From the NCBI GenBank assembly GCA_050014195.1, contig JBEKDT010000012.1, positions 32,001 to 96,000 of the forward strand: 64,000 nucleotides of DNA, given 5' to 3'. How positions within the stretch are numbered: position 1 is the first letter of the stretch; each line of letters starts with the position of its first letter. Positions 10,012-19,992 of the stretch are shown here, piece by piece. The stretch is from Desulfomonilia bacterium. GTDB lineage: Bacteria; Desulfobacterota; Desulfomonilia; UBA1062. The position numbers were made by a program, and so were the translations under genes. A model generated the notes under the pieces. That model searched no databases. It was not told the DNA's origin and saw only the letters and a program-made list of their open reading frames with translations.

Positions 10012-10035
10012 CATTGAATCCAAGGAGGCTCTCAC

Positions 10036-10677
10036 ATGAAGGAATCGATCCTGGCGGTACGCAAGGCCATTGACGAACTCGACATCGACGGGATCAGCAA
10101 GCTCGTAAGCCGATGCCTGGAGGAAGGTCTTTCCCCGGAAGAGGTCATCCAGGAGGGCGTCAGCAAGGGGCTTGAGATCGTGGGGGGCAAGTTCGAGGCC
10201 GGTGAATATTTCCTGGCGGATCTCATCATGGCCGGAGAGGTCGTGAAAGAGGCCATGCCCATCCTCAAGGAGAAGATGAACCCGGGCGAGAGCAACAGCA
10301 GGGGCAAGGTCATCCTCGCCACGGTGGCAGGGGACATCCATGAAATCGGCAAGAACATCGTGGGCATGATCCTGTCCGCCAATGGATACGAGGTGATCGA
10401 CCTGGGTGTGGATGTGCCGGCAGAGAAAATCATGGACACTGCAAAAACCACCGGGGCACGGTTCATCGGGCTCTCAGCCCTGCTCACCACCATGGTAGGC
10501 AGCATAAAGGAGGTGGTAGAGTCATCCAAGGCCGCAGGCCTGCGCAACAAACTAAGAATTGTCATCGGCGGCGCCTGCACATCAAAGGACCTGTGCAAGG
10601 AGATGGGGGCTGATGCCTATGGAGAGACCGCCATCGATGCCTTGAGGATCTTCAACGGATTTACTGCAAGTACCTGA
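10036..10677 (+). CDS. Corrinoid (cobalamin-binding) protein
   Basis: VGGKFEAGEYFLADL, GDIHEIGKNIV, SALLTT, IVIGGA. Confidence 0.93.
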   Translation: MKESILAVRKAIDELDIDGISKLVSRCLEEGLSPEEVIQEGVSKGLEIVGGKFEAGEYFLADLIMAGEVVKEAMPILKEKMNPGESNSRGKVILATVAGDIHEIGKNIVGMILSANGYEVIDLGVDVPAEKIMDTAKTTGARFIGLSALLTTMVGSIKEVVESSKAAGLRNKLRIVIGGACTSKDLCKEMGADAYGETAIDALRIFNGFTAST

Positions 10678-10728
10678 TATGGAAGCCTTTCCCCGTAAGA
10701 CCTAAGGAACAGCGATCCTAAAGACCTC

Positions 10729-12240
10729 ATGAATCAGCATACCATAACCCTCATCCCTTCTGGCTCACAGCAATCGTTCCCTTCGGAGATGTTTCTCACA
10801 GAGGCGCTCCTGGACATGGGCATTGCCCTGAAAACCCCCTGCGGCGGCAAGGGCATATGCAATAAGTGCAAGGTTATGGTGGAAGGAGAACCCGCTGCAG
10901 TTCTTGCCTGCCAGACACGCATCACTAAGGATCTTAGGGTGCATGCAGAGCAAGAGGAGATCAACCGGGACATCCATATCCCTCATGTCCGTCCTGATGA
11001 TCACATATCAGTGGCCGTGGACATCGGGACCACCTCTGTGAGGATATCCCTGGTTGATACATCACGAAAGGCCTCGTTCGAGATCGCATCATTTCTTAAC
11101 CCGCAGCAGAGATTCGGACACGACGTCATCTCACGGATCGCAGCAGGCAGGGACCCATCCAAGCTACAGTCCCTACAAAACCTTATCAGAAAGGCCGTCA
11201 ATATCCGTCTCGGCTTGGTTCTTAATGTCATAGAACTCCCTGCAGGCATGATCGAACAGATCGTGTTCTCGGGCAACACCACCATGCTCTACCTGCTCTT
11301 CGGGCTCGACGTGGAGCCTCTGGGCAGGTATCCGTACACGACCCTGACAAAGGATTTTAAAGACCTCTTGGCAGAAGAGATCGGCCTTGATTGCATCGGT
11401 TCGGCACGTGTCCTTAGCCTGCCCGTGCTCAGCGCATTCATCGGCGCTGACCTCGTGGGCGGATTAACCATGTGCCATGACCTTGGCATCACCCGCAATG
11501 CCTTCTTCATTGATCTGGGCACCAACGGCGAGTTGTTCCTCCTGGACGGCAAGGGTAATCCGTATACAACCTCCTGTGCCATGGGCCCTGCCCTGGAGGG
11601 CATGAACATCACCTGGGGCATGACTGCCGATACCGGCGCCATCACCCATATTTATGCAGAAAAGGGAGGTCTCAGGTATCACATGATCGGCCGGGGCTGG
11701 CCTGTCGGCATCACCGGCACAGCGCTGGTGGACCTGATCGCCATCCTTCTGGACAATGGCATCATCGCACCGCATGGCGCCTTTTCCAATAATTCGGAGA
11801 AATATAATCTCTTGAGCCCGCTGTGCCTAAACCACAACGGAGAATCCAAAGGGCTTAAGCTCTGGGGAGATATCAGGCTCACCCAGAAGGATATCCGCAA
11901 TGTCCAGCTCGCCAAGGCGGCATCGCTGAGCGCTGCACGCTTCCTCCTGGAGGCCGCCGAGTTTGACCCGGGTGACGTCGAGCATGTGTTCATTGCAGGG
12001 GCCTTTGGCGAGAACCTTGATCTGGATCATTTCAGCAGGCTCGGCTTTATCCCTTGTTTTCCCAATGCCGCCTGCGAGTTTCTCGGCAATACGAGCTTGA
12101 AGGCCGCCCAGAAGGCCTGCTTTGACCCTGATTTCCTGAAACGTGCCGTTACACTAAGGGACAAAGCCCGGGAGGTGGTGCTCTCCGCGTTGCCAACCTT
12201 CCAGGATGTATTCATTCGATCACTCGAATTCCCGGCATAA
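10729..12240 (+). CDS. ASKHA-domain reductive activator of corrinoid proteins (RACo/RamA type) with N-terminal [2Fe-2S]
   Basis: CGGKGICNKC...LAC, VDIGTT, NPQ..GHDVISRI, DLGTNGE, SCAMGPALEG, TQKDIRNVQLAKAA, AGAFG. Confidence 0.92.
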   Translation: MNQHTITLIPSGSQQSFPSEMFLTEALLDMGIALKTPCGGKGICNKCKVMVEGEPAAVLACQTRITKDLRVHAEQEEINRDIHIPHVRPDDHISVAVDIGTTSVRISLVDTSRKASFEIASFLNPQQRFGHDVISRIAAGRDPSKLQSLQNLIRKAVNIRLGLVLNVIELPAGMIEQIVFSGNTTMLYLLFGLDVEPLGRYPYTTLTKDFKDLLAEEIGLDCIGSARVLSLPVLSAFIGADLVGGLTMCHDLGITRNAFFIDLGTNGELFLLDGKGNPYTTSCAMGPALEGMNITWGMTADTGAITHIYAEKGGLRYHMIGRGWPVGITGTALVDLIAILLDNGIIAPHGAFSNNSEKYNLLSPLCLNHNGESKGLKLWGDIRLTQKDIRNVQLAKAASLSAARFLLEAAEFDPGDVEHVFIAGAFGENLDLDHFSRLGFIPCFPNAACEFLGNTSLKAAQKACFDPDFLKRAVTLRDKAREVVLSALPTFQDVFIRSLEFPA

Positions 12241-12303
12241 AAATGGTGAAGGCTGATACGCTCATGGTATACAAATAATCGATGAACCTTTGGTGGTGAT
12301 GAC

Positions 12304-12966
12304 ATGGACCGGATCATCTTAGACGATATACCCTTTGAGGTGGATGAGAAAGGGCTTGTAGAGCTCTTAAGGATTCAACCCGGCTCCCGCAGCGCAGCCG
12401 AGCTCTCGAAGATCCTGGGAGAGGCCCGCTTGGTTGCCAGGCCAAAGGCGGCCTTTGCCGCGGCTGCTGCGCATATGATTGAAGAGGGAACCATAGAGAT
12501 CGGTGGAGTACATTTCACCAGCAGGCTGCTGTGCATAAACCTGGACAAGGCGGGCATTGTCTTTCCGTTTGTAGCCACATGCGGGAGCGAGCTCGAGCAG
12601 TGGTCACGGACCATGAGCGGCATGCTGCATTCCTTCTGGGCCGATTCCATCATGCTCATGGCATTGGGCTGTGCCATGACCTTCCTTGAAACATGCCTGA
12701 AGAAGAGGGTAGGCGACGGGGCATCCCTTTCGTCCATGAACCCGGGCTCGCTTACGGACTGGCCGCTCACGGAACAGGCAGCACTCTTCTCCCTTTTGGG
12801 AGATAGTGCCAAGGCAATCGGCACCAGGCTCACCGAGAAGATGGTCATTCAGCCTCTTAAATCTGTTTCAGGCATACAGTTTGTCTCGGAGGAGGGATTT
12901 GTGAACTGTTCTCTATGCCCGAGGCAGGGCTGTCCATCCCGCAGGGCGCCGTATGATGCAAAATAA
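12304..12966 (+). CDS. B12-dependent methionine synthase activation-domain-like protein
   Basis: FVATCG, MNPGSLTDWPLTEQ, PLKSVSGI, C-terminal CSLCPRQGCPSRRAPY. Confidence 0.85.
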   Translation: MDRIILDDIPFEVDEKGLVELLRIQPGSRSAAELSKILGEARLVARPKAAFAAAAAHMIEEGTIEIGGVHFTSRLLCINLDKAGIVFPFVATCGSELEQWSRTMSGMLHSFWADSIMLMALGCAMTFLETCLKKRVGDGASLSSMNPGSLTDWPLTEQAALFSLLGDSAKAIGTRLTEKMVIQPLKSVSGIQFVSEEGFVNCSLCPRQGCPSRRAPYDAK

Positions 12967-12996
12967 AAGGTGACTTCTATGATCTTTTTAAGCTTG

Positions 12997-13380
12997 TTAT
13001 ACCTTCCTGAACACCGTGCCGTTGAATGTTGCTATCAATTCATTGCCCTTAAACACTTCCATCCGGTAGAGGCCGGTACGCTTTGTCGTGTGGATCATCT
13101 TTGCCTCCGCAACTACCTTGTCGCCCACCTGTGGGGTCTTTAAAAAGGACCCGCTCACATCCAGCGCGAATGAAGGCAGGTGATCGCTGTTGGACGCAAT
13201 GGAAAAGGCGACATCGGCCAGGCTGAAGATCAGACCCCCATGCACTGCGCCATTGAAATTCAGCATTTCATCTCTGATGACAACAGAGCACCGGGAATAC
13301 CCTTTTTCAATGGTATCGACACTGATGCCGAGAAAACGGATAAAGGGGTCCTTTAATATTTTTTGAGTAATATCATCCAT
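12997..13380 (-). CDS. PaaI-family hotdog-fold acyl-CoA thioesterase
   Basis: DPFIRFLGI, LNFNGAVHGGLIFSLADVAF. Confidence 0.9.
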   Translation of the reverse strand: MDDITQKILKDPFIRFLGISVDTIEKGYSRCSVVIRDEMLNFNGAVHGGLIFSLADVAFSIASNSDHLPSFALDVSGSFLKTPQVGDKVVAEAKMIHTTKRTGLYRMEVFKGNELIATFNGTVFRKV

Positions 13381-13438
13381 CTCTGACTCATATCCTCCTA
13401 ACAGGATAATAGTCCATAGGATGGTACGATTGAAAGAA

Positions 13439-14257
13439 TCATTTTTTGCGCTGCACCCATTTCACGATCAAATCCGAGGTGATTCTGGTGGCCCATCCAT
13501 TCGTGAGGCGGTGGTTGAGGAATAACAGATTAGCCAGGATCCCCGGTATTACCAGGAATTTCTTTTTGGCAATGCCTTTGACAATGGCCTTTGCCACGGG
13601 TCCGGGCTGCAAGGTCCCGGCAAAATTCTTCAAGGCCCTGGCCTCACGCGGGATGGTACTCTCATTTGCCAGGAAGGGGGTATCTACCTCAGGTGGGCAT
13701 ACCAGGGTAACAGAGATGTCATAACATTTGAGTTCGCTCCTCAGGCATTCCGCAAAACCCACCAGTGCATATTTCGATGTCGCATAGGAGGTATAGCCGA
13801 ACATTCCCATGAGCCCTGCAGCAGAAGAGATGATCACGATCAGTCCGCCCCGGTCTTTCATGGAGGGCAGCAGGGCGGCGATCACACTTCGTGTGCCGTA
13901 GACATTGATCTTCATGAGCGAATCGAATGCCTCATGAGATATGTTCTCGAAATGATCGGCATTGCCCACACCTGCGCTGGTGATAACAATATCAGGCACG
14001 CCGAACTGCTTTACCGCATCATTCATTCTTATTTGGCAATCGTCATGGTCTGCCACATCGAGAGGCATTGCCTGGATATTCTGAGAGGGAGAGAGTCTGT
14101 GACCTTCAATATCTTTTTTTGCCTGATCGAGTTTCTCTTTGTTCCGGGCAAAGATGACGATATGAGCCCCCAAGGATGACAGCAGTCCGGCGGTTTCAAG
14201 GCCGATGCCGCTGGAACCCCCGGTTATGTACACGAGCTTGTTGGTGAAATTCTGCAT
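13439..14257 (-). CDS. SDR family oxidoreductase (3-ketodihydrosphingosine-reductase-like subgroup)
   Basis: TGGSSGIG, SAG, YxxxK (YATSK), CPPEVDTP. Confidence 0.88.
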   Translation of the reverse strand: MQNFTNKLVYITGGSSGIGLETAGLLSSLGAHIVIFARNKEKLDQAKKDIEGHRLSPSQNIQAMPLDVADHDDCQIRMNDAVKQFGVPDIVITSAGVGNADHFENISHEAFDSLMKINVYGTRSVIAALLPSMKDRGGLIVIISSAAGLMGMFGYTSYATSKYALVGFAECLRSELKCYDISVTLVCPPEVDTPFLANESTIPREARALKNFAGTLQPGPVAKAIVKGIAKKKFLVIPGILANLLFLNHRLTNGWATRITSDLIVKWVQRKK

Positions 14258-14271
14258 ATGCCCCCTTCGGT

Positions 14272-15093
14272 TTATTCAAGAGTAACTTCCTGGTTTTTCA
14301 GTGTGAAGGATTTACGGGCGAAAATCGCCGCCCCCAGGGCGCCGACGATCTGGGGGTCAACCGGCAGCGAGGTCACTTCCATATTGATGATCCTGGCAAG
14401 CGCCTTGATGAGGCCGAGGTTCTTGGCGCAACCGCCGGTGACCGTCACCTGCGGCCGTATGCCGATGCGCTTGAGCAGCGTGAAGCACCGCTTGGACACG
14501 GCGGTCTGGATGCCTGCAGCAATCTCCTCGGGCGGATTCTTTTTAGCCAGGAGGCTGATCACCTCGCTCTCGGCAAAGACGCTGCACTGGGCCGTGACCG
14601 GTATCATCCTGTTCGTCTTCAGGGAAAGTTCGGAAAACTGGTTCAGGTCCATGCGGAATATCCTGCTCATGGCCTCGAAGAACCGGCCGGTACCGGCCGC
14701 GCATTTGTCGTTCATAGCAAATTCCAGGACCGAGCCGTCGTGGTCAAGCGCAATGGTCTTCACATCCTGGCCGCCGATATCGATGATGGTCTTGATGAGA
14801 GGTTTGCAGGAGAACACGCCCATGGCATGGCAGCTGATCTCCGAGACATTCTTGTCGGCAAAGGCGACCTCGTTTCTCCCGTAGCCCGTGCCCACCAGAT
14901 AGGCGATGTCCCTGTAGCCGCCCATATCCGGGACCTGTGCACAGGCCTTCTCCAGGGAGAGAACCGAGGTCAATTCCGGATCGATCTCGCTCGGGACTAT
15001 GGAGGCGGCAACGATGGTGCCGCTTTCGTCAAGGATGACTGCCTTTCCTGTCGTCGATCCTACGTCGCATCCGCCGAAATACTTTGCTGCCAT
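14272..15093 (-). CDS. Acyl-CoA dehydratase activase (HgdC/BcrAD/BadFG ASKHA ATPase)
   Basis: GCDVGSTTGK, GTGYGR, EISCHA, DIGGQD, NDKCAAGTGRF, QCSVFAESE. Confidence 0.93.
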   Translation of the reverse strand: MAAKYFGGCDVGSTTGKAVILDESGTIVAASIVPSEIDPELTSVLSLEKACAQVPDMGGYRDIAYLVGTGYGRNEVAFADKNVSEISCHAMGVFSCKPLIKTIIDIGGQDVKTIALDHDGSVLEFAMNDKCAAGTGRFFEAMSRIFRMDLNQFSELSLKTNRMIPVTAQCSVFAESEVISLLAKKNPPEEIAAGIQTAVSKRCFTLLKRIGIRPQVTVTGGCAKNLGLIKALARIINMEVTSLPVDPQIVGALGAAIFARKSFTLKNQEVTLE

Positions 15094-15132
15094 ATCCGTC
15101 TCCCTATCGTTATGGTCTTGTGCGGCTTTTAT

Positions 15133-16443
15133 TCAGATATCAAGCATCCAGCCCTTGCCCTGCAGTCTGGCAATGGTTTTTGCGGAACTTAAGAATGTGG
15201 AACGGAACATGTCGCTCATGAGGGCCTTTTTCACCGGCAAGAGTTTCAGGAAACCGCCGATAAATGATCTCATGATTTCCTGGGTGATGCTTTCCGGATT
15301 GTCGAAGATCTGATTCTGGAGATTACCCCTCTCGAGGCTGAGCAGAATTATCCTTTCGAATGTTGTTTCCGGGTGAATGACCCTGGTTCCCCGTTGTATC
15401 ATCGCAATGGCGTCAGCCGGGCATTTCAATGCACATACGCCGCAACCCACGCACCTTTCCTCATCAACTTTGGCTTTCTTTTTCTTCAGATGTTTCGGTT
15501 CATTTGCAGAAACCAGGACAGCGGCATTGACGGGGCATGCATCAACGCATTTTCCGCACCCTTTGCACTCAGAGCCATCGATCTGTGAGATAAAATTGGA
15601 AGTGACGGCACTGTTCACGAAGCCGAACTTGTTCAGCCCGGCCAGGAAGTTGCAGCAGCATTTACAGCAGTGGCAGATGACCGTGGGGTTCCTTTTGGTA
15701 TTTTCAGCACAGAGAACCAACCCAAGCTCTCTTGAGCGGGCAAAATTTTCCAGCATCTCGGACTTGGATACCTCCCTGGCCATGTTATGCCTGATGGTAT
15801 AGTCTGCACCAATACCCAAAGTGCTGCAGTTATTCATGGGAGTATCACATTCTTTTTCGTGGTTAAGAAATTTTTCATTTCTGCAGGAACAGAGTCCGAG
15901 GCCGAGTCTATGGGAATTTTCTATGAGGGATGAGGCCTTTTCATAATCCATGAATTCGACGTATTCACCCGGCCGTATGGTTTCTTCAACAGGGATCACT
16001 CTCAATATTGCCACCTGTTCATCTCTTGAGAAATTGGCCGGGTAAAACTCATGGAAATATTCCTGAAACAGTTTCGCGCATTCCTTCTTGTCATGATTGT
16101 TCCCGGTTCTCATCATGGTAAACTCGAATATCCCGATGAGGAGGGGAGATGGCATGTAGTAATACTGGCCGTCATTCTCATTATACAGATCCAACACCAA
16201 ACCTTTGCTGCACATCATATCCAGTATGGTTTGCAACCGTGTCTTTTCAATCTTGGCTATCCCGGCAATTCTCTCGAGTGATGAGAGGGTATAAGGCATC
16301 TTGATCAGCAGTTCTGCTTCTTCAGTGGTATACACCTTTTTAAGGATGCTCAGTAATGTCTCATTCCAGGGTGCCCTCACGGTCAGGTTATCGATCTTTT
16401 CTCCCAGTCGGCGATAGACATCTCCTTCATTTCTTCTGATCAT
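15133..16443 (-). CDS. Multi-[4Fe-4S] ferredoxin-domain protein with N-terminal wHTH-like region
   Basis: CSCR, CHCCKCCC, two ferredoxin motifs CKGCGKCVDACP and CVGCGVCALKCP. Confidence 0.85.
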   Translation of the reverse strand: MIRRNEGDVYRRLGEKIDNLTVRAPWNETLLSILKKVYTTEEAELLIKMPYTLSSLERIAGIAKIEKTRLQTILDMMCSKGLVLDLYNENDGQYYYMPSPLLIGIFEFTMMRTGNNHDKKECAKLFQEYFHEFYPANFSRDEQVAILRVIPVEETIRPGEYVEFMDYEKASSLIENSHRLGLGLCSCRNEKFLNHEKECDTPMNNCSTLGIGADYTIRHNMAREVSKSEMLENFARSRELGLVLCAENTKRNPTVICHCCKCCCNFLAGLNKFGFVNSAVTSNFISQIDGSECKGCGKCVDACPVNAAVLVSANEPKHLKKKKAKVDEERCVGCGVCALKCPADAIAMIQRGTRVIHPETTFERIILLSLERGNLQNQIFDNPESITQEIMRSFIGGFLKLLPVKKALMSDMFRSTFLSSAKTIARLQGKGWMLDI

Positions 16444-16453
16444 AGGTCACTCC

Positions 16454-17965
16454 TTATTGATCGAGGCGCTGCGCCTTCATCACGTTCTCCATGAAAAATT
16501 CCACCTGGTTCATCATGCCGTCCTGGGATACGATGCGGGGATCGAGCAGGTCGTAATCGAGGATGAGCAGGGGTATCTTCATCCCGCGGCACTTCTCCCT
16601 CAGGATGCCGTTCATTGCCTGCCCGCTCTTACAGCCCACGTGGTTTGCCACCCACACCATATCGAGATTGAACTGTCTGTACATGCGGAAGATATCATCC
16701 AGGTAGTTCTCCGCAGGACCCCTGGTGTGACGTACCATGGGCCCCTGCATGATGGTGTTGGCCAGGCCGCGGAGCATGGTATCGGGTGTCGAGGTGTCTA
16801 TGGGGGCGTGGTGGTGATAGGTCATGCTGTCGTTGATGAGGGTCACGCCATAGGCACGCTCGCTCTTGTTGAAGATGTCGATGAAATGGGGGAAGGGCGG
16901 GTTCCAGAGAACAGCCCTATACCTCTCGTTTTTTGTGGCGGGAATCCCAGCAGTGAGGTTTTTCCGTGCCATGGCAACCAGAGATTCGAAGTGTTTTATA
17001 GATAGCTTGTACCCCGCAAAGAGATTGAAATGCCACATATGGCTCAGGAACACGGCTTCAGCGGCCAGCGGGGCGGGTTTCATCCGGATCATGTCCCACA
17101 GCTCGAGCTCAAGCTCCAGCATGCGGTTGCGTCCTTCGCAGATCTCCTTCAGGCGGTCCCAGTCCATGCGGCCGGGTGTGTGCTCCTCGAGCCATGCGAT
17201 CATGCCCTTGAGGTCGTCGGCAAAGAGCTTATCCGCCCTTTCGTTGTAGAAATTAGACGGGACATCGAGGCGATAGATGGGTGTGCCATGCTCCCTGTGT
17301 ATGAGGGAATAGGAAGCCATGCCGGCGTCGCAGGGCATATTGGAGCTCACCATGGCAATGCCTTTGGGCATATGACCCTTGAGGACCATGCCCACGGTGG
17401 CCTTTGGCAGGCTGCAGGCATCGGGATTGATCCCGGCGTTTTCCGCCTCGTCTATATATTTCAGGTCGCTCTGTGCTGCCAATATGGGCAGGAGTATCCC
17501 CATGGCCTCCAGCAGCCAGACCTTCAGGCCCATGGCACGGGCGATGTCCGGCGGCACCATCTCCTCGTTTATGATCAGGAGGTCAGGATGGTAGAACACA
17601 TCCTCCAGGTTCTCTGCGAGCGTGAAAGCGATCGTGTATATGGTCATGCAGATGGACTTGAGGTATAAACCGCTCCGCCCCCTGGAAAGACGGCGCATCA
17701 GGCCGGTCACCCTGAGGAGATGCAGTATCCAGGGATAGCCTACAAGCACCCGGATGATACCGATGGGGCCGCGCTTGAAAAGAAGCCTGATGACGAACTT
17801 CAGGATAACCGCCCATATGAGGGCCCAGTATTTTGCATAGATCAATGAGTCTTTGAGGTTTTTCGATTCAAGGATATATCCGGCCAGGGAGTTCCGGAGA
17901 AAGCCCTTCACCTGGCCCGGCAGCCTCATAAACAGAGACTTTGCGTTTGCGGCACTCACGGTCAT
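16454..17965 (-). CDS. 2-hydroxyacyl-CoA dehydratase family subunit (HgdA/BcrB-like) with hydrophobic N-terminal extension
   Basis: Three cluster Cys motifs DACSLPK, MPCDAG, VGCKS; IPLLILDYDLLDPR. Confidence 0.85.
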   Translation of the reverse strand: MTVSAANAKSLFMRLPGQVKGFLRNSLAGYILESKNLKDSLIYAKYWALIWAVILKFVIRLLFKRGPIGIIRVLVGYPWILHLLRVTGLMRRLSRGRSGLYLKSICMTIYTIAFTLAENLEDVFYHPDLLIINEEMVPPDIARAMGLKVWLLEAMGILLPILAAQSDLKYIDEAENAGINPDACSLPKATVGMVLKGHMPKGIAMVSSNMPCDAGMASYSLIHREHGTPIYRLDVPSNFYNERADKLFADDLKGMIAWLEEHTPGRMDWDRLKEICEGRNRMLELELELWDMIRMKPAPLAAEAVFLSHMWHFNLFAGYKLSIKHFESLVAMARKNLTAGIPATKNERYRAVLWNPPFPHFIDIFNKSERAYGVTLINDSMTYHHHAPIDTSTPDTMLRGLANTIMQGPMVRHTRGPAENYLDDIFRMYRQFNLDMVWVANHVGCKSGQAMNGILREKCRGMKIPLLILDYDLLDPRIVSQDGMMNQVEFFMENVMKAQRLDQ

Positions 17966-17986
17966 TTCAATCCTCCCGTCCGCACA

Positions 17987-19156
17987 TCATTTCCCCATGC
18001 TCTCGATGAAGGCCTGGACCCGGGTCCGCAGCTGGCCTTCCGAGCCCATACGGTACTCCCGCTCCAGCTTCAGCACGGGTATCCCCTCTTTTCGCAAGGC
18101 GCTGACCAGCGGCATCGAATCAATGCCCCAGAGGTCGCAGAACTTGATGATCTCGATGACAACGCCGTCCACGTTGTATTCCTTTGCGGTCTCGATGATG
18201 GTCGTAAGCCTCCGATCGAAATCCTCCATCATCCGCGGGCACAGTGTCTTTTTGAAGGAGTGTTCGGCCAGGGTCCTGATGGGGTCGCCACTCATCTCTA
18301 TGGGCTTGAGTCCGGGAATGAAACCGGTGCAGAGACGGTCTGCCACCACAAGCCCGCCCTGCGACTCGATGACATGGATGAATTCAGGATCATGAAGGTG
18401 GCCGCCCACCATCAGTAACCGGGCCCGGTAATTTTTAATGCCATCGCGCTTTTCGATCTCTGTGCGGAAATCGAGGATTGTGGGGAGGATGAGGTCCTTG
18501 GGTGACGCCAGGGAGGTCATGAGCAGGGCGTGGAATTCGGTGCCGGTGATGGGCGGGTCCGGTCTTTTTCTCAGATCACCGATGGATTGAATGACATCAG
18601 CAAAACTGTTCCACTCGGAAATGGCCTTCATGAGGGAGCCATCGCTCATGTCAACGCCGAAGTGCGAGGAGAGCCTGTCTGCGAGCATCCTGAGCTCCTC
18701 GGCCAGCCAGACCGTAGTGACCTCGTTCACCTTGCGGGGCACATCGAGGATATGTGAGAATGCCGGTTTTTTGAGGTACTCGAGGTTGTCATAGAGCCGC
18801 TGCATGTGCGCGCACGAGGGGACGAATACCCACCCCTGTATCAGGTCGAAACGGTCGTCCATGGCGAATTCGAGGAGGCTGCGTGCATAGGAGCAGATGA
18901 AGTTGGAAAGATAGTTGTCCGCAATTTCAGTGCCTGCAATCCCCGGGGCACGCAGGCGCACCGGGAAAAGCCTGTCCGCCATGAGAAGGGCCTCGGGAAC
19001 GAACGAGCAGGAATACCCGATGGGTATGCGGCCGTCAGCCGAGGCCTGCTCCACCAGGCTGTTCAGCGGGCTTTCAAGAAGCCCTTCGAATACGCGCATC
19101 GTCTTGCTCTTTGTCGTCATGACACTCCGCCCGGCACCATGGAGTTTCTCAGGCAT
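17987..19156 (-). CDS. 2-hydroxyacyl-CoA dehydratase family subunit (HgdB/BcrC-like)
   Basis: GYSCSFVPE, FICSYARS, SCAHMQR, KFCDLW, GQLRTRVQAFIE. Confidence 0.88.
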   Translation of the reverse strand: MPEKLHGAGRSVMTTKSKTMRVFEGLLESPLNSLVEQASADGRIPIGYSCSFVPEALLMADRLFPVRLRAPGIAGTEIADNYLSNFICSYARSLLEFAMDDRFDLIQGWVFVPSCAHMQRLYDNLEYLKKPAFSHILDVPRKVNEVTTVWLAEELRMLADRLSSHFGVDMSDGSLMKAISEWNSFADVIQSIGDLRKRPDPPITGTEFHALLMTSLASPKDLILPTILDFRTEIEKRDGIKNYRARLLMVGGHLHDPEFIHVIESQGGLVVADRLCTGFIPGLKPIEMSGDPIRTLAEHSFKKTLCPRMMEDFDRRLTTIIETAKEYNVDGVVIEIIKFCDLWGIDSMPLVSALRKEGIPVLKLEREYRMGSEGQLRTRVQAFIESMGK

Positions 19157-19221
19157 TCACCTACCAGTCTCTTCACTGTCATTTCCCCCATGGACACGCT
19201 CCATTGCCGGGTGTACCTGTA

Positions 19222-19992
19222 TCACGGCAGCACCTCCATTTTTGTGAGGACATGTGCAATCACTGCCAGGGCCGGTGAGGTGTCGGGGATCCCGGTCAAG
19301 GACATTCCCTTGAAATCGAAATCCCTGATGCTTTCGTCTTCTGCGATCCACCCATAGATATCAAGGTCTGTCCTGCCCCTGATGTCATCCACCTCGGCTT
19401 GGCACCTCACCCTGTTGAGAACGAGCCCCATGCTATAGAAGTCAACCGCCTTCTTCTCGTTCGCAACAAGGGCTATGGTGCCGGCCACACAGACGCCTTT
19501 TGCCGAGGTGTCCGAGACCAGGACCAGGTGGTCCACTTTCTTCATGACCCGCCTGTTGATCTGCTCGATGCCGGCCTCGCCGTCGATGAGCACGATGTCG
19601 AACTTCCCTGCCAGATCGCCGATGATGTCCCTGAGGAGGTTGTTCACCTTGCAGAAGCACCCCTCGTCCTCAGGCCTGCCGATAGCCAGCAGGGCATATC
19701 CGTCACGCTCCTCAATGGCATCGAACACCTCATAGTCCAGGAGTTTCAGTGTCTCCTTATTTCCCAGGGATTCACCCTTTTGAATTCTTGTAATCAGTCC
19801 TTTCCTGATGTCATCCACGGTCTTCTTCACCGTTATACCCAGGGCTGTTGCCAGGCCCACAGCCGGGTCGGCGTCTATGGCCAGGATCTTCCGGTCATTC
19901 CTTTGTGAGAGCAGCTTCACCATAAGGGCGGAGACGGAGGTCTTGCCCACACCGCCCTTGCCGCACATTGCCAAGATTTTCGTGTCAGCCAT
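19222..19992 (-). CDS. CooC/AcsF-like ATPase (nickel-insertion family)
   Basis: Deviant Walker A GKGGVGKT, IDADP, CxC motif EGCFC, DGEAGIEQINR. Confidence 0.85.
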   Translation of the reverse strand: MADTKILAMCGKGGVGKTSVSALMVKLLSQRNDRKILAIDADPAVGLATALGITVKKTVDDIRKGLITRIQKGESLGNKETLKLLDYEVFDAIEERDGYALLAIGRPEDEGCFCKVNNLLRDIIGDLAGKFDIVLIDGEAGIEQINRRVMKKVDHLVLVSDTSAKGVCVAGTIALVANEKKAVDFYSMGLVLNRVRCQAEVDDIRGRTDLDIYGWIAEDESIRDFDFKGMSLTGIPDTSPALAVIAHVLTKMEVLP

